Below, piece by piece: positions 35,627-48,453 of a stretch of DNA of 64,000 bases. Below the pieces are notes generated by a model. That model had not been told where the DNA came from and did no database searches. It saw nothing but the letters and a program-made list of their open reading frames with translations. The DNA comes from Lophium mytilinum (Eukaryota), in contig MU004193.1 in NCBI GenBank assembly GCA_010093605.1, forward strand, positions 875,520 through 939,519, given 5' to 3'. Each line of letters begins with the position of its first letter. Within the stretch, counting starts at the first letter, position 1. The translations under genes were made by a program, and so were the position numbers.

Positions 35627-36318
35627 GTATTGGTATCGGAAGCTGTTCCCGCCGACGCAAGTGCCAGAGGTGGGTGGCCGTTGCTAATTTAGATATTCGG
35701 CTGCATATAGGGGAGGTATGCTGACGTAGCAGTTGTGTCGGATTAAATTCTAAATGTACAGCTCACAATCAAGAATTGAGAAAGTCATCAACCACTTCCT
35801 GGAAAGATTGTAGGCAAAACTTCGTTCACACTTGGTTCCAGTGTCTGGAGTGTTCTGTCGCATCATCAGAAAATCACATCGGACGTATCATTCTCGGCTA
35901 CGTGAATCGGCGCAGGTTTTGAGCTCTTCTGATATTGCCAAAGAGTGCTGAATTTATAACATGACAATAAAGTTGCAAAGCAGCCAGAAGTAAGCTGATA
36001 TGGCTTTAGGTCGAAAGTGCTTTGCTTCCTTCAATTGACAAACATTTACCAGCACCTCAGACGGCGGCTGTGACCAGTTGTTCTCTTCGGTTACCATCAT
36101 TCGTTTGAGTTCTTTTACAGGTTAGTCGTGTGCTCTCAGCCTATCCGAGGATACTTTGGCCCCACAACCGTATCTAGACTTTGGTTGGATCCATGGATTT
36201 TCACCTTTCAGGCCACCATCTGTCGAAATTCAAGAGAGCCTCTCGCATTTTAAGCTGCTGCACCGCTTACATTCCTACCTCGACACACTACAATCGAACA
36301 TCCGTTTAGCAATCAAAC

Positions 36319-37164
36319 ATGTACTCCATGCCGAATCAAACCATATTCTGGGCCAACTCGGACCCGAGGAGTAGTTACTACATAGTGAATGGGACAATAT
36401 GTTGGATCAACTTGGTCCCAGACACACCGTTTCACTGGACCTCTGGCCAAAAAGTAAAACCCGAGCCCTTCTTTCGATTTCTCGACCTTCCGCGCGAGCT
36501 GCGCGATATGATCTATGAGTTTGCCATACCCGACACTTACACGCCTACTCGACCCGACACTTACACGCCTCGATTGATACTCAAATCGCCACGATACAAG
36601 CCACTCGTATACCCGGCCGGATTCATCCCAAGTCTCTGCCACGCCAACCGACAGATCAGGCACGAAGCCATGCCTGTCTTTATAAAAACCTTCCGGTTCG
36701 AGCTACATGGGGACCACTACACGCGAAGACTTACGGCGTGGTTGATGGCGCTTTCCGGAAGGAATGCTTTCAAGGACATCCGATATCTCGAATTTCCACA
36801 AATGTGCCTCGTTGGGGATTTAAGCTATGATTTTGTTGATAGGAATAGACAGTATAAGGACGCCGCGTATCATATGGAGTTTGTCCGTCGTTGTCCGGCG
36901 TTAAAAGAAGTGAGGCTCACGTTCTGCACCTACCACTGGGATCCGTTTCCGTTAGGCGGCGTTGTAGAGAGGTATCGCTTACGGAGTCTGCTCGATGTAG
37001 AAGGGTTGGGGATATTGCATCTACATTTCTATGGTTGGCGGTATCACTACGAGGTGCTCAACAGGGACGAATATCAAATATTCTGGGAGTTGGAGAAGTG
37101 GTTTGTGGAGGAGTTTGCCGCGAGAGGGAAAGGGACCAAGGTCAAGGTGACAGTGGGAGGCTAG
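36319..37164 (+). CDS. Hypothetical protein with 2EXR/F-box-like motif
   Basis: 281-aa ORF with FRFLDLPRELRDMIYEF and SLCHANRQIRHEAMPVF, typical of expanded Dothideomycete families. Confidence 0.7.
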   Translation: MYSMPNQTIFWANSDPRSSYYIVNGTICWINLVPDTPFHWTSGQKVKPEPFFRFLDLPRELRDMIYEFAIPDTYTPTRPDTYTPRLILKSPRYKPLVYPAGFIPSLCHANRQIRHEAMPVFIKTFRFELHGDHYTRRLTAWLMALSGRNAFKDIRYLEFPQMCLVGDLSYDFVDRNRQYKDAAYHMEFVRRCPALKEVRLTFCTYHWDPFPLGGVVERYRLRSLLDVEGLGILHLHFYGWRYHYEVLNRDEYQIFWELEKWFVEEFAARGKGTKVKVTVGG

Positions 37165-37624
37165 TAGTTGTACCAAGATGGGCGATATCGATGAGCAGAA
37201 CATTGATTGTCGTTAGTGGTCTTCGAGTTGTTTCTCCTTCGAAAGCCCAATATCACTGCCTCTTATACCCGATACACGCAGAGATGGCCGCAAACGGAAC
37301 GACAAGCTGAGTTTTCGACATCCACCAATATCTGAAGATCTAGAACATACTTTCAAGAAAATGTACGCAACTGAACACGAACCAAAGACGATAACGTAGT
37401 TTCAGAGAACATGATATTTCAGAAGGTCCATTTTTGCGAGAAAACGACTCTTCGAACTCTCTAAACATCTAGGAAATCCATTTCTACCTCTTCATCCAGA
37501 ACCACCATCCTTTCAAAGAACGTTGTCTACCCCCCAGCTCGTCCGCCACTCTTCAACGCAACTTTCCGCACATTCCAGCCCGGCAACTCTCCCCACATTC
37601 CAACCTCCCAACCCCTCTCCCCTC

Positions 37625-38176
37625 CTACTTACAAAACCACGCCCCCCCCTGCCCGCGCTCACAGGGCAACCACTCCAAAAACGTCCTCTGCACCTCCGTC
37701 AACCCATCCCCAGCCCCCGCCGTCCCCCAAATCCCCCTAACATCCGCCAACAGCCTCCTCCAGTCGAAACCCGCAATCCCATGTTCCCAGCTCATCGACT
37801 CTCCATACCTCTCGTGCAGCAACTTGATAACCATCCAACTGACACAGAGAATCCCCCAGTAGTAGAACCCTTTCAAGACAGAGGTGACGACCTTCTCTAG
37901 CCATGAGAACACGGAGGAGTCATAGCTAGAGGCGGAGTGCCTGCGTGATGCGATGCTGGCGAGACTGGCGCGCCGGGGTGGGGAGTCGTGCGAGTGCTGT
38001 TCTTTTGCTGCGAGGTAGGAGGAGTAGGTATGGTCGGTGGGAGAGGTGGTGGTGTAGTAGTCGGGTTGCGGCTGGGAGATATCGGTGTCTTCGTCAGAGG
38101 AGAAGCCGGAGGACGAAGAGGCGGAGGAGGAGGCGGAGGAAGCGGAGGCGATCAGGATTGGTTGGGTTATGGCCAT
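37625..38176 (-). CDS. Hypothetical Ser-rich protein with one hydrophobic segment
   Basis: 183-aa ORF from ATG with a Ser-rich N-terminus and hydrophobic FYYWGILCVSWMVIKLL. Confidence 0.45.
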   Translation of the reverse strand: MAITQPILIASASSASSSASSSSGFSSDEDTDISQPQPDYYTTTSPTDHTYSSYLAAKEQHSHDSPPRRASLASIASRRHSASSYDSSVFSWLEKVVTSVLKGFYYWGILCVSWMVIKLLHERYGESMSWEHGIAGFDWRRLLADVRGIWGTAGAGDGLTEVQRTFLEWLPCERGQGGAWFCK

Positions 38177-38639
38177 TGTTGATCGATTTTTAGAGGTGGG
38201 TTATGGATGTAGTTTGTGGGCGAGTCAGAAGTGGAGGTTAGGATTGGAGTTGGATGGGGTTATGGGGTTGGAGTGTTGGGGTTGTCATTGGGATGGCGAA
38301 CAAAGGAGGGGCCGGAAACGGAAACATCAATGGGGCTCAAGGAATGGCGATGCGTTTTTGGGGATTCGACCGGAAGTCAAAAGGATTGGAGAACAAAGAA
38401 CGATGATCAACACGTGAACTAACAACTAACATTTGCAAGAGAACGAGATGGCGCCTGATATTTATGATCACAGTTGACGGATGTAGGGTTCCAGATGCGA
38501 ATGATACGATAAGTTAAACATAAAAATGCACTATGCATATCAATTAGAAGGAGATGCAGGTGTATAAACGAACTACTATTCAATAGGCGGTATTCACGAA
38601 ATCCCAATACCCTCCCACACTTACGTATCAAAGCGCTTC

Positions 38640-40868
38640 CTACTTCTTCGGCCCCCCTTTCCTTTTCTTAGGGGGAGACCTGCTACGCTCCTTGCTTACT
38701 CTACCTTCAGCTACACGACCGAGTCCCACGTTTGCAGAGCCGGAACTGCTAGGTTGATTGTTCGCTCCTCTAAGCCACACTTGTAGGGACTCGGTGCTAG
38801 CTTTCTGGAGTTTTTTGTTGGGCCAATTGGGGTACGCCTTTGCTAGTTCGGCCTTAAGACGGGCTCTGTCCACCTTTTCTGGAATACGTCTTTCACTACT
38901 GGCTTCGTTTTCCTCTTCGGTCTCCTTATTCTTATCTGCCGACCTGATTCCCTTCTCAGCATGCTCCTGGTCTTCCCTGGGCCTTTCTACTGTCCTGGGC
39001 TCGGGAGCTTCCGCAGGCTCTTCAACTGTGGACTCGTCGACTGTTGTCGAATTCGCCGACACTTCCCTGTTCGGTATATTCCTACTAGCGTCATTGACTG
39101 CCTCAGGTCTGGGAGCTTCTATTGGCTCTTCATTAGTCTGTTCAGGCCTACCGTTTTGGTCACCATTACCACCATTAGCTACTGGGCCATCGCTAGGTCC
39201 GTTGGCCTTCTTAGGAGCTCTTACTTTCCGCTTTCCGGTCTGGTTGGGAGGAGGTGGTGGATCATCTAACGCACCGCCAGGACCCTCTCCAGCCTCATCG
39301 CCCCCTCCATTTCCTGCCCTGCCGTTATTCTTATTGCCATTACTTTTATCTTTGTCCGCCTTCTCGATCAGTTTCTCCTTGGTGTATTTGCAGCCGACTT
39401 CTCCGCATCCACACGAGATCTTTTGAGTGAAATAGTCATCTCCGTAGTCAATCGTTATCTGCTCTCCCTTCATGATCGTTTCCAGAGCATGGATAGCCAC
39501 AAAAGCAGTATAGCCAACCCTAGCCTGAACAATTATGGCGTTTGGCTTGCAACTGTGATTCAAAAACCTTGCCCAGTTCCCTCTCCTTTCGGAGTCGACA
39601 TATACTTGTCTTCTTGAGCCCTCTTTGAATGTCGGACCCTTGCTGTAACCTGTGTTCCTACTTGCCCTGTCGTATCTGGATCCAATTGGCAGCTCCATAA
39701 CGTAACTCGCGTCCTTTGGCTTTTGGGGAATGATCTCTCCCAGGTACGCTCCGAGGGTTTGGTCTTTTTCCCACCTGCATTTAGAGTAAACGCAGAACCC
39801 CATTCGGAGGATTTCGGAGTTACGAATCTCAAATCTCTCTTGCCAGTCTGCCGCGCCTTCGAGCCACTCTGTTAGAGTGTGTGAGCATGTCGGGTCTGCA
39901 CAACCTTTCGTCCTATTCCCCCAGCACCACCTACCTTCACACAAACGCTCAGGATCCATGGGGTCGGCATACAGCAGTTCCAGCACGCTCTCGGGCCCAT
40001 GGCGTTGCGGCGCCGGCAGATATGTTCTAAACCACTCTTTGCCCTCGGGAGCCTCCGGGGGACCCCACCAAGCTTCTACCCTGCCTAACTTCTTGCGCTC
40101 AGCCTGAGTCCACTCGTAGGTCATCTCGTTTTGCTGGATCGGCCGCGTACCATTGCTATTCGAGACAATAGTGCTCGCCTGCGCGGCGTAAAAGTACTTG
40201 ACCCTTTTCGAGGGACATTCATGGTCGTCTTCCTCATCAGCGGGACGCGGTCGCTTTGTTCTCTCGCTTTTCCGGGGAGGTCGTCCGTTGCCATTCTTCT
40301 TACCATTCTTCTTGGATCCATCACCTGGCTGTTCACCGTTGCCACTGTCACCGGTTTCCTCCGTGGCAGATTCAACCCTAGAGCCGCTTGATACAGACTT
40401 CTCCGGGGTTGCCCCTTCGCCGCCATTGGCGGCATCTCCATTAGCTTCAATAGCTTCGTCGACCTGTGGGATAGAGCTAGCTATAACCGTGCCAGCTCCC
40501 TCGCCTTCAACAAGACCTGGAGTATCGTCATTCCGTGGTATAGAGTTAGCCGTAGCACTGCCATCTCTCTCACTTACAACAGCATCGCTGCCCTCTGAGC
40601 CTACAGAAACAACTTCCTGTGTAGCCTCTTTCGCAACCGGCGCCTTCCTCGCAACCGGAGCCTTTCTCGCAGTCGGAGCCCTCTTCGGAGCCGCAGTCCC
40701 CTTCGCTGCCGCTGCCTCTGCCTCTGCCTCAAGCCTCTTAGCCTCATTCGGATACTTCTTCTTCAGTATCGTTTTCTTTACGGGGGGCTTCTCAGCTGTC
40801 TCTTCTTCGCGATATTTCTGTGGCTTTTTCACGTTCTCGCGCTTTGGGCGGGGGGTTCGGTCGACCAT
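38640..40868 (-). CDS. SET-domain lysine methyltransferase-like protein with post-SET motif
   Basis: LGAYLGEI, GNWARFLNHSCKPN, GEQITIDYGDDYF, post-SET CGCGEVGC, flanked by long disordered regions. 742 aa, intronless. Confidence 0.85.
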   Translation of the reverse strand: MVDRTPRPKRENVKKPQKYREEETAEKPPVKKTILKKKYPNEAKRLEAEAEAAAAKGTAAPKRAPTARKAPVARKAPVAKEATQEVVSVGSEGSDAVVSERDGSATANSIPRNDDTPGLVEGEGAGTVIASSIPQVDEAIEANGDAANGGEGATPEKSVSSGSRVESATEETGDSGNGEQPGDGSKKNGKKNGNGRPPRKSERTKRPRPADEEDDHECPSKRVKYFYAAQASTIVSNSNGTRPIQQNEMTYEWTQAERKKLGRVEAWWGPPEAPEGKEWFRTYLPAPQRHGPESVLELLYADPMDPERLCEGRWCWGNRTKGCADPTCSHTLTEWLEGAADWQERFEIRNSEILRMGFCVYSKCRWEKDQTLGAYLGEIIPQKPKDASYVMELPIGSRYDRASRNTGYSKGPTFKEGSRRQVYVDSERRGNWARFLNHSCKPNAIIVQARVGYTAFVAIHALETIMKGEQITIDYGDDYFTQKISCGCGEVGCKYTKEKLIEKADKDKSNGNKNNGRAGNGGGDEAGEGPGGALDDPPPPPNQTGKRKVRAPKKANGPSDGPVANGGNGDQNGRPEQTNEEPIEAPRPEAVNDASRNIPNREVSANSTTVDESTVEEPAEAPEPRTVERPREDQEHAEKGIRSADKNKETEEENEASSERRIPEKVDRARLKAELAKAYPNWPNKKLQKASTESLQVWLRGANNQPSSSGSANVGLGRVAEGRVSKERSRSPPKKRKGGPKK

Positions 40869-41528
40869 GATGTATAATCCGCTTCTCTTTCTTGACAGTG
40901 CGATATATCTATAGTGTATCAGTGTGATATAGGGTTGGAAAAGGCGTACTTCTCGAAAATAGGTATAGTAGCACGGCCAGCGTACTGAAGTCTAAGGAAA
41001 TAATGTATGCCAGCAGTAAGCTATCGTGTCTCGAGAATCCTCGTACCATGATGGCGGAGTAGTTGGCTAAATAGCAGGCCTACTTCGCCTTTGTTGCTCG
41101 ACAAAGGCATTGTCATATCCTCTTGTGATGGTGGAATGGGCGGGAGGACAAAGCGACAATGCCCTCCCGCAATGGTATGAAGGGGATCGCGGACAAGAGA
41201 GATAAAGAGGTAGTGACAGTCCCATTGTCCGTCCGCCGTCATCATCAATTGGAGCGGGGGAATATGCCTAGCTGTAGGATGGAGAGTTTGGGATCTGTGA
41301 CCAATCAGCATGCACTTGGCAGTTCTCAGCTCGACTTACAAGCACAGGGTGCAGACACGCATTGGTCTTAGTATTTTTCAGCTCAATTTACATACACACA
41401 CCCATAGCCTATCTTCATACTTGAATTCTTAGTTCACCGATCAAGCCTGCACATGCCACGATGGTCGGTCAGAGGACGAGTACACATACATAGATCAATA
41501 TATTCCCGCACTCTTCCATACTAAAACT

Positions 41529-41614
41529 CTCGCCTTGGTGTAGTTGGTTTATCACGTCGGGCTGTAATTGCGCATCATACCTGAAGGTCCGCGGTTCGAT
41601 TCCGCGAGGCGAGA
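41529..41614 (+). tRNA. tRNA-Tyr(GTA) with intron
   Basis: Acceptor stem CTCGCCT/AGGCGAG+A, TGGTGTAGTTGG A-box, anticodon arm TCGGG-CT GTA A[~11-nt intron]A-CCTGA, GGTTCGATTCC B-box, T-run downstream. Confidence 0.92.
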
Positions 41615-42009
41615 ACGCATAGCACCAGCATGCTTTTCTTTTTGCTCCGGCATTGTGGGCTCTTTTTTTGCTGGCAGACGCTGATTGGGCGGGTAAACCT
41701 GGGGTGAATGGTGCGGCTGATCCTGTCAAGTAAGCGGAGCTGAATTGGTGGGTTTTCAGCTAGAAGAACGGGGCTAAGAACTCTAGGCGAGGCGAGATGT
41801 GGGGACGTGAAATCTTTTTTTTGTGGGGAGGGGACTGCTGTCATTAAGGCCGGCGGTGTGTTCATGGAAACTCAGATTTTGAAGATATTTGAATGAATTA
41901 GATTCGAACTTTTGTGACGAAATTGAAACATACCACGCTATGAAACTGCATCCTGAGTGATACCAAGAAATGCTTTCCGCACCCTTCACAAACCTCATCT
42001 CCGAATCGC

Positions 42010-43856
42010 TCACCACATCTCCCATACTGCATCTGGCAATACCGTTCGCATGATCCTCCAGTGACTTAGCGCCCCCTTGTTCTGAAACTGTTCTAGCTTT
42101 GCTGTCTCGCCCCTCTTCAGCACCTTCTCTCTATCAACTTCAAGCCCGAACCCGATTTCTAACTTAGCTTGAGGCATCAAGTGCGCTCTCTTCGCGAGAC
42201 TACCTCTGAAGTCGTCCTCCGTCGGTTCGCGAAAGTGGATGGCGGCGCGCCCTTTCCCGAGATCGTTCTTGGCGCAGAAGACAACCATATTGACGAAGTC
42301 GGGCTTCCAGGGTTGGTTGGGGACTGGTGCGGGATTGTCGCGGAAGAGGCGGCAGGCGGGGAAGGCGGCGTGGATAGTGGTGATGATGAGGATGGTGGAG
42401 TCTAGGGAGAGGTCGCCGGCGTAGTTCTGCAGGCTTAGTATTTACGAAAGTATTACAGTCGGAGAGCGTGGGGACATACGATAGCAACGACACCGTCTTC
42501 GGTCAGTAGCTTCTTTAATCCTTCGAGGAACTCGAGAGTAAATAACATCACTGGTTCTGCACCGCCCGTGAACACATCATGAATGATGTAGTCGAAACTG
42601 CCTGGATTCGTGTGGGACTTCTCCTCTACGTAGAAGACTGCGTCGTCAATCACGGCGGTGTGGTTCTTGGAGAGATTGAAGTATTTTGTGGCGAAATGGT
42701 GGACAACTGGATCGAGCTCAACGATCGTGGTGTTGATGTTGTGTGAGATGAGCGAGTTGGGTGCTGTACCGATGCCAAGACCGCTTTTGTCAGGTTAGAA
42801 TCGTGTTTTTGATGGGAATGTCATTGAGATGATAGATGAAAATCCATACATAACTAAAGCGCTCTTCTGAGTATCAGGCCTCGTCTCAATTTTCAATGAG
42901 TCGTCTCCGATCTCCATGAGTCTCACAGCCTCTAGCATCGCAAATACCGAGAATATTGGCTCAGGTATAACCTGCCCCTGAGCAGCTCTCTCAGGAGTCA
43001 CGAGCCACTCTCCTCCCAGCAAGCTGTGATCACATCTCAAGACTCTGAAACCGCTGTCTTGACCTTCCACTACTGAGATGTAGCCAGTCAAGGACTCCTG
43101 GCGATCCAGTAGGGTGAAGTTCTGCACTTGTAGCGTGCTGTTTGCCAATTGAACGGCTCGCTCGGATGTGTAATGTGGGTTTGCTCTCATGGTATGGATG
43201 ATCGCCGGTACAGCCAGAAGAATCAGACGAGATGGGGATACGAAGGCTAACGCTGACCCCATGCCCATTTGAAGTCCGAGACGAGTGAAAGATAGGTGCG
43301 TTCCGATGTATTGCGGCAAGATTGATGTAAAGAGCTTTGATATGGTCGTAACCGTGACATAAGACCCCACAGCAGGTGCCATCTCCGCAATAGTGGGGTG
43401 CAGCTGACTTAGGTCTATGCTCTCCAACAGTTCGCCAGCGGAGTGAACCGAGAGAAACAAAAGGGGTAGATAAGTGACAAGCTCCGTGATGAAAGGTCCA
43501 AACTCGGGCCCCATCTTAGAGCTGTACGGAAACAGCAAGAATTGGATCACTGGTATCCAGTAGGCGATGATGGCAATGTAATCGCTGATGTTGGACGGGA
43601 AGTATCGTTTCAGGGGCCCTTTAGCGATGAACGCCAGTAATGCTGTCACCGTGATTGCCCTTTGGTGAAACAATGCTGATGGAATTGATCCATAGACGGG
43701 GGATAAACTGAGTTGTGAGACCGGAGAAGAGATGCCAGCAAGTATCAACAAAGCCGCAGCTCGACCGACATTCTTTAGGAGGACTGGCGTGGACACAGTC
43801 CGGGCATTCTTCTCGGCTTCCTTCGCAGCCTTAGGCTTTCGTGGTGTCTTTGTCAT
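42010..43856 (-). CDS. Membrane-anchored spermidine-synthase-like SAM-dependent methyltransferase
   Basis: Multi-TM N-half, FRVLRCDHSLLGG, (spliced) GLGIGT, VELDPVV, FDYIIHDVFTGGAEP..LFTLEFL. Two introns. Confidence 0.85.
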
Positions 43857-44554
43857 TGTGACTGTCGATATGCTTGTACTAGGAGAGGTAGGAGAATGGT
43901 ACGAACGAGGTGAATAAAGAAGGTGGGATAAGAGAGATTGGAAGTAATGTGAGCGAAATCCTCAACACCTTTAAAGGAAAATATGACCAAAAAGCGCCTC
44001 TCGCGTCTCAGCGGTCCGTGTTGCCGTGAGGAGATCAGAAAACCATTGTTCAAGTGAAATAGGTCTCTCAGGACGCGTGGATTTCACGCACGAAGGAGAA
44101 TAGAGACGAGGGAAGAAGAGGAGATGGGACACGAAGAGAAAGACGCAGCATGAAGGCTCTCACGGCGGTTGTTTCAGAGCAGATGGAAACACATGATGTT
44201 GAAGTCGCGGGGGGCTCGAGCCGTCACGGATCAGGCTTAGTGGGTTGGCAGGGATTAGTGAGGTTATTGAGGGTTCTTTCACCACTGTGAGGAGTGGCCT
44301 AGCCAGCTGATAGCTGGTATGTTAGGAGGTAGGCTGAATTACACAGTGCTGATCTTTAGATCGACCTTAAAATTCTTTCGACCCATTGAGCTACCTCAAA
44401 CGGTGACCTGCGCATATGCCTCTGGCTCTAGAGTCACGTGCAATACTAGCAGGGGATGATATGTACTAGTGCGAAGTAGGCTAGTCCGGTCGCGTTGACA
44501 TATCTTCGAAGCTCGCCGTCACTCTCCCCACCACCGCCGTCGCTACTTCGCACA

Positions 44555-45235
44555 ATGCCCTACTTTCCACCAGGACGGGTACTAGCCGTGGAGAATATGG
44601 AGAACATGGAGAACATGGAGATTTCGCTCCCGATGCGTCCCCGCGCCGAGAGCAACGCGCAGGGCAACCCGGAGCAGAGCAATAACACCCAAATCAGCGC
44701 CCAGCAGTACTTAAGGCTCAAGACACGCCGTCGTCGATATCTTGACCTGAACCCTGCGTACTTCAACCACGAGCTAGAGCTAGCCGATGTCCTCCTATAT
44801 GACCACTTAATCCGCCGTTTCTACACTCCCGCCGAGAACGTAGCCGCAGACACAGCCAAAGGCTTCGCGGACGCCCTCGAAGCCGACCTCTTGCGCTCCG
44901 AGGCCAAGGCTGAAGCGGTCAAAAACCCGAACCCAAAGCACGACTTCGTATACTACCGCCAGACAAATGGGGTGATTGTGTCTGCAGACAAAGGTGAAGA
45001 GATGGACCAGGAGGAAGCGCTGGAGGCCTGGCGCTTCGAGATGAGGTGGCGCTTCATACGCGGCGAGGATGATCAATTCAACTATAAGACGGTTGATGAG
45101 AACCCGGCGTACGATGACCCCGAGGCGGAGCGTGAGATGCAGGACGCTTATCTGGACGCTCCTGACGATGATCTGGATATGGGCGTTGATATGGACGCGG
45201 AGCTCACTGGTGAAACTGGAATTCTGGACTACTGA
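44555..45235 (+). CDS. CCDC97 / DUF2052-like protein
   Basis: RRRRYLDLNPAYF..LELADVLLYDHLIRRF, FIRGEDDQFNYKTVDENPAYDD, ending GETGILDY. Confidence 0.8.
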   Translation: MPYFPPGRVLAVENMENMENMEISLPMRPRAESNAQGNPEQSNNTQISAQQYLRLKTRRRRYLDLNPAYFNHELELADVLLYDHLIRRFYTPAENVAADTAKGFADALEADLLRSEAKAEAVKNPNPKHDFVYYRQTNGVIVSADKGEEMDQEEALEAWRFEMRWRFIRGEDDQFNYKTVDENPAYDDPEAEREMQDAYLDAPDDDLDMGVDMDAELTGETGILDY

Positions 45236-45557
45236 TGAGTGGATGGCTCTCATGACTGATAACGAACATCACGACTGGTGCGACGGCTGCTTTGAAACCA
45301 CCTCTCCATAGGCTTCTCTTTGCTCACTTGATACCGCCGTCAGAAGTACCCTAGATGGCTTGCGGCTGGTGAGTGAAGAGGCAGCCCAGTTTGCGCAGCA
45401 CTGCAGTTTACATCGTGTCTGGAATTTCGAAAGCCTCTAGGGGCACCCAAACAGTGGTGGACAGCGGTGCACAGAGTTGTGGTAAGGTACGGCATTTGAA
45501 TGCGGTCTCCAAGAATGTAAGTAACTTCTCCTCAGCCTTAATATCCAACGGACCAGA

Positions 45558-47318
45558 TCATAACATGTACCTGAAGGTCATCGCTCGATCACCCAGCGCA
45601 CTCAGCTCTTCCGGCGAATATCCCGCATGTCCCCCTTCAGCCAACTGCCGTTCCCTCTTGGCGTTAATACGACGATAGTTGAACACTATCAGAAGAAGTG
45701 CAAGGATACCAGCAACAATAAAAGCAAGCTCTAGGGCATGACCAAGCTTATAATGCGGAGCATCCTTCGACCTGTAAAAGTTGGATGCCATAGCTGCGAA
45801 TAATGTCAGTGAAGGCTCTTTTCTCGACACTGGGTAGGATAGCAATCAAACTCACCGCCCGCCAAATTCCCTAATGCAATCTGCAGCGCTTGACCCGTAG
45901 CCCTCTTGGTGCTCCCTGCCAAATTATTACTCAGCCACGTGATATTTCCCGGGAACGCTGGATAGAGGGCCGCGGCCGCGATAAACACCCCCGCGTAGAC
46001 CACGCCTGGTTTGGGGCTTGCGATACACATGATGAACCCCACCGCCATGATGCATAAGCACACCAAGATGAACGGCGACCGCTTCCCATATCGATCGCTC
46101 GCGTACGCCACTGCGATTGCTAGCACCGCCGCGGTGATGTAGATCGGGACGGTCAATAGTTGCGCCGTCGAGCTCGTGTAGCCCAGCCCCTTGATAATGG
46201 TAGGCAAGAACCTGTAGAAAGTGAGAAGAATCCTCAGCTGATGAGATTGATACTTACAGCGATATGCCGTAGAGGGGGGCCACGATTCCCCAGTAGACCC
46301 ACACGTTCAACCAAATTTGCCAGTCCAGAAACGCAGCCTTCACATACTTCCACTGGAAGCTATCGTCCTGGCTCACCCGCCCCTGGGCCCCCTCCCTTTC
46401 TTCCTCTGCTTGGCCTTGGTACTTCAACCGGTACACCACAAACGCCCGCTCCTCGGGCGTCAGGAACGTCGCGGTTTCAGGGAAGTCGAAGAGCACGAAG
46501 TACGCAAGCAAAGCGACGAGGACAGTCAGGATGCCTTCGAGGATAAATATCCACCGCCACCCAGCAAGCCCGCCAACACCATCCATATGCGCGATACCGA
46601 ACGCGAGCAAACCGCTAAAAGCACCGGCGATGCTAGCCGCGCTGAAGAAAAGCGCTTGGCGGGTTTGGGCTTCATGGCGGCAGTACCACATCGTGATATA
46701 GTACGCCACACCAGGGAACAGGCCGGCTTCAGCGACGCCGAGGAAGATGCGCGCGATGAGGAGGCCGTTGAAGTTCTGCACGATGCCCATGAGCGTCATG
46801 ACGATGCCCCAGGCGACCATGATGGTCGGGAGCCAGATGGAGGGGCGCAGTTTCTTGAGGAGGAGGTTGCTAGGGACTTCGAAGGCAGCGTAGGTGAAGA
46901 AGAAGGCGGTTAGGCACCAGTTGTATTGCGGGCCCGTGATGTGGAGGTCTTCGGTGAGGCCTTCGATTTTGGCGTTTCCTAAGAAGGGGAAACGCGTTAG
47001 CTACGGGTGAACTCGAATATCAAGTTTTGGTCCTACTACTATGTGGAACGTACCGATGTTTCCTCGATCGAGGAAACTGAGTAGATATAACAGTGCTAGC
47101 ATGGGGATGAGCCGGAGATCCATCTTCCGAAGTATCTTTTTCTCGTCCAGATGCGCGAACGACGCGAGCGTGACGCCAGGTGCGGTGGCTAGGGCATCGA
47201 CTTGGGCTACTTGCTCCGCGAGGGTGAGTTTTCGGCCATTGTAATGATCATGAGCGTTGAAAGACGGCGGAGGGGAGTCGGTGGTGCCGTCGAGCTTCAG
47301 AGTTGAGGGCTTCTCCAT
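45558..47318 (-). CDS. MFS transporter, anion:cation symporter (Dal5/Tna1-like) family
   Basis: KMDLRLIPMLALLYLLSFLDRGNIG, RIFLGVAEAGLFPG, GWRWIFILEG, LGDRAMTFRYML. Three introns. Confidence 0.92.
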
Positions 47319-48453
47319 CGCGGAAAGGAGTAGCACACAGCGCGGTACGCTGTTGCTCAGAGAACGAAGGAATAGAGAAATGAAGATCGATAGTAACACT
47401 TAAAGTAAGGAAAAGCAGCACAGTAGACTCTTATACCTACAGCTCTCAAATCGCGGGGTATTCCACGGGGACCCCACACGTCCCATCAAACATATAAACC
47501 CTACCTACCCAGGTACCCTCCCTCCCCACCTCTGAGCCAACTCTCCAACCCCCAACCCACCGCCCGGCACGTCTCCTCGGGCTCGCCTACCAATCTCCAA
47601 GAAACCCTCACCGCGGAGATGACGGCTACACCTCCCGTATCAGGCGTCCTCGCAGCCAAGCAGCGGCACAGCAGTACCTCTGTAAGGCGTCCTAGATGTC
47701 GACTCGGCAAGCCGAGCTACGAAGGAGCTGAGTGTGTTGCTCGTCTGTCCGATTGGTGTTGCAGGCGGCAGGGAGTGACGTGAGCCGAGGCCGCCGCCGA
47801 TGCGGTGGAGGCGGGAGGCTTGGCCTCCCCGCAAGTTTCAAGCCACATCACGCGGGTTAAGCGGGTTTGGGGTGTTGGGAGGGGAGGTTCGTGAGTCGTG
47901 GTGTGGACGAGCGGATGCAGGGGGCTGCGAGTGGCTGCGAGGTGAGGTGGTGGTTAGGGATGTTCTGTGTACGGGCAGTGCTGTGTGGGGCATCGAACGA
48001 TGTTTGGGAGTAGGTGCTGGGGAGGGGGGTTTCGTAGCGTTTTCGGTGTATCTCTTGCCGACGCTTGATCATAGCTGCACTCGATTCTGAAACAGTGTAA
48101 AGAAAAGGTAGAGCTTGGTACTGCATAGAAGTGAGTAGTCGGATCTCCGTGGAGTAGAAACATGGGCTAGATTTGCAAGTGTGGGTATTCTATATCTCAA
48201 TCAAAGTCAAATGTTATACAAAGCCCTGAGTACTACCTTGTCTAGTCGTCAGATAGACCAAGGGACCCCAAGAGATAGACCTGTCTTTCCGGCGCATGAA
48301 CACATTATCCAATGCTCGGTTCAAAGGAAAAGTAGATCAAAAAGGGTACTGTCGTAGCAGTAACGAGCTATGCATATAGTCCATCCATCCATCATGTCTA
48401 GACATCATCCAAAGTAGGCGCATCTGGACACCTCGAGAAGGAAGGATTACCTT

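Noticed and set aside
36528..36570. 24-bp in-frame duplication (PDTYTP x2); also ENM x3 at ~44591 and ATCGGC repeats at ~62891
   Set aside because: Ordinary slippage micro-repeats.
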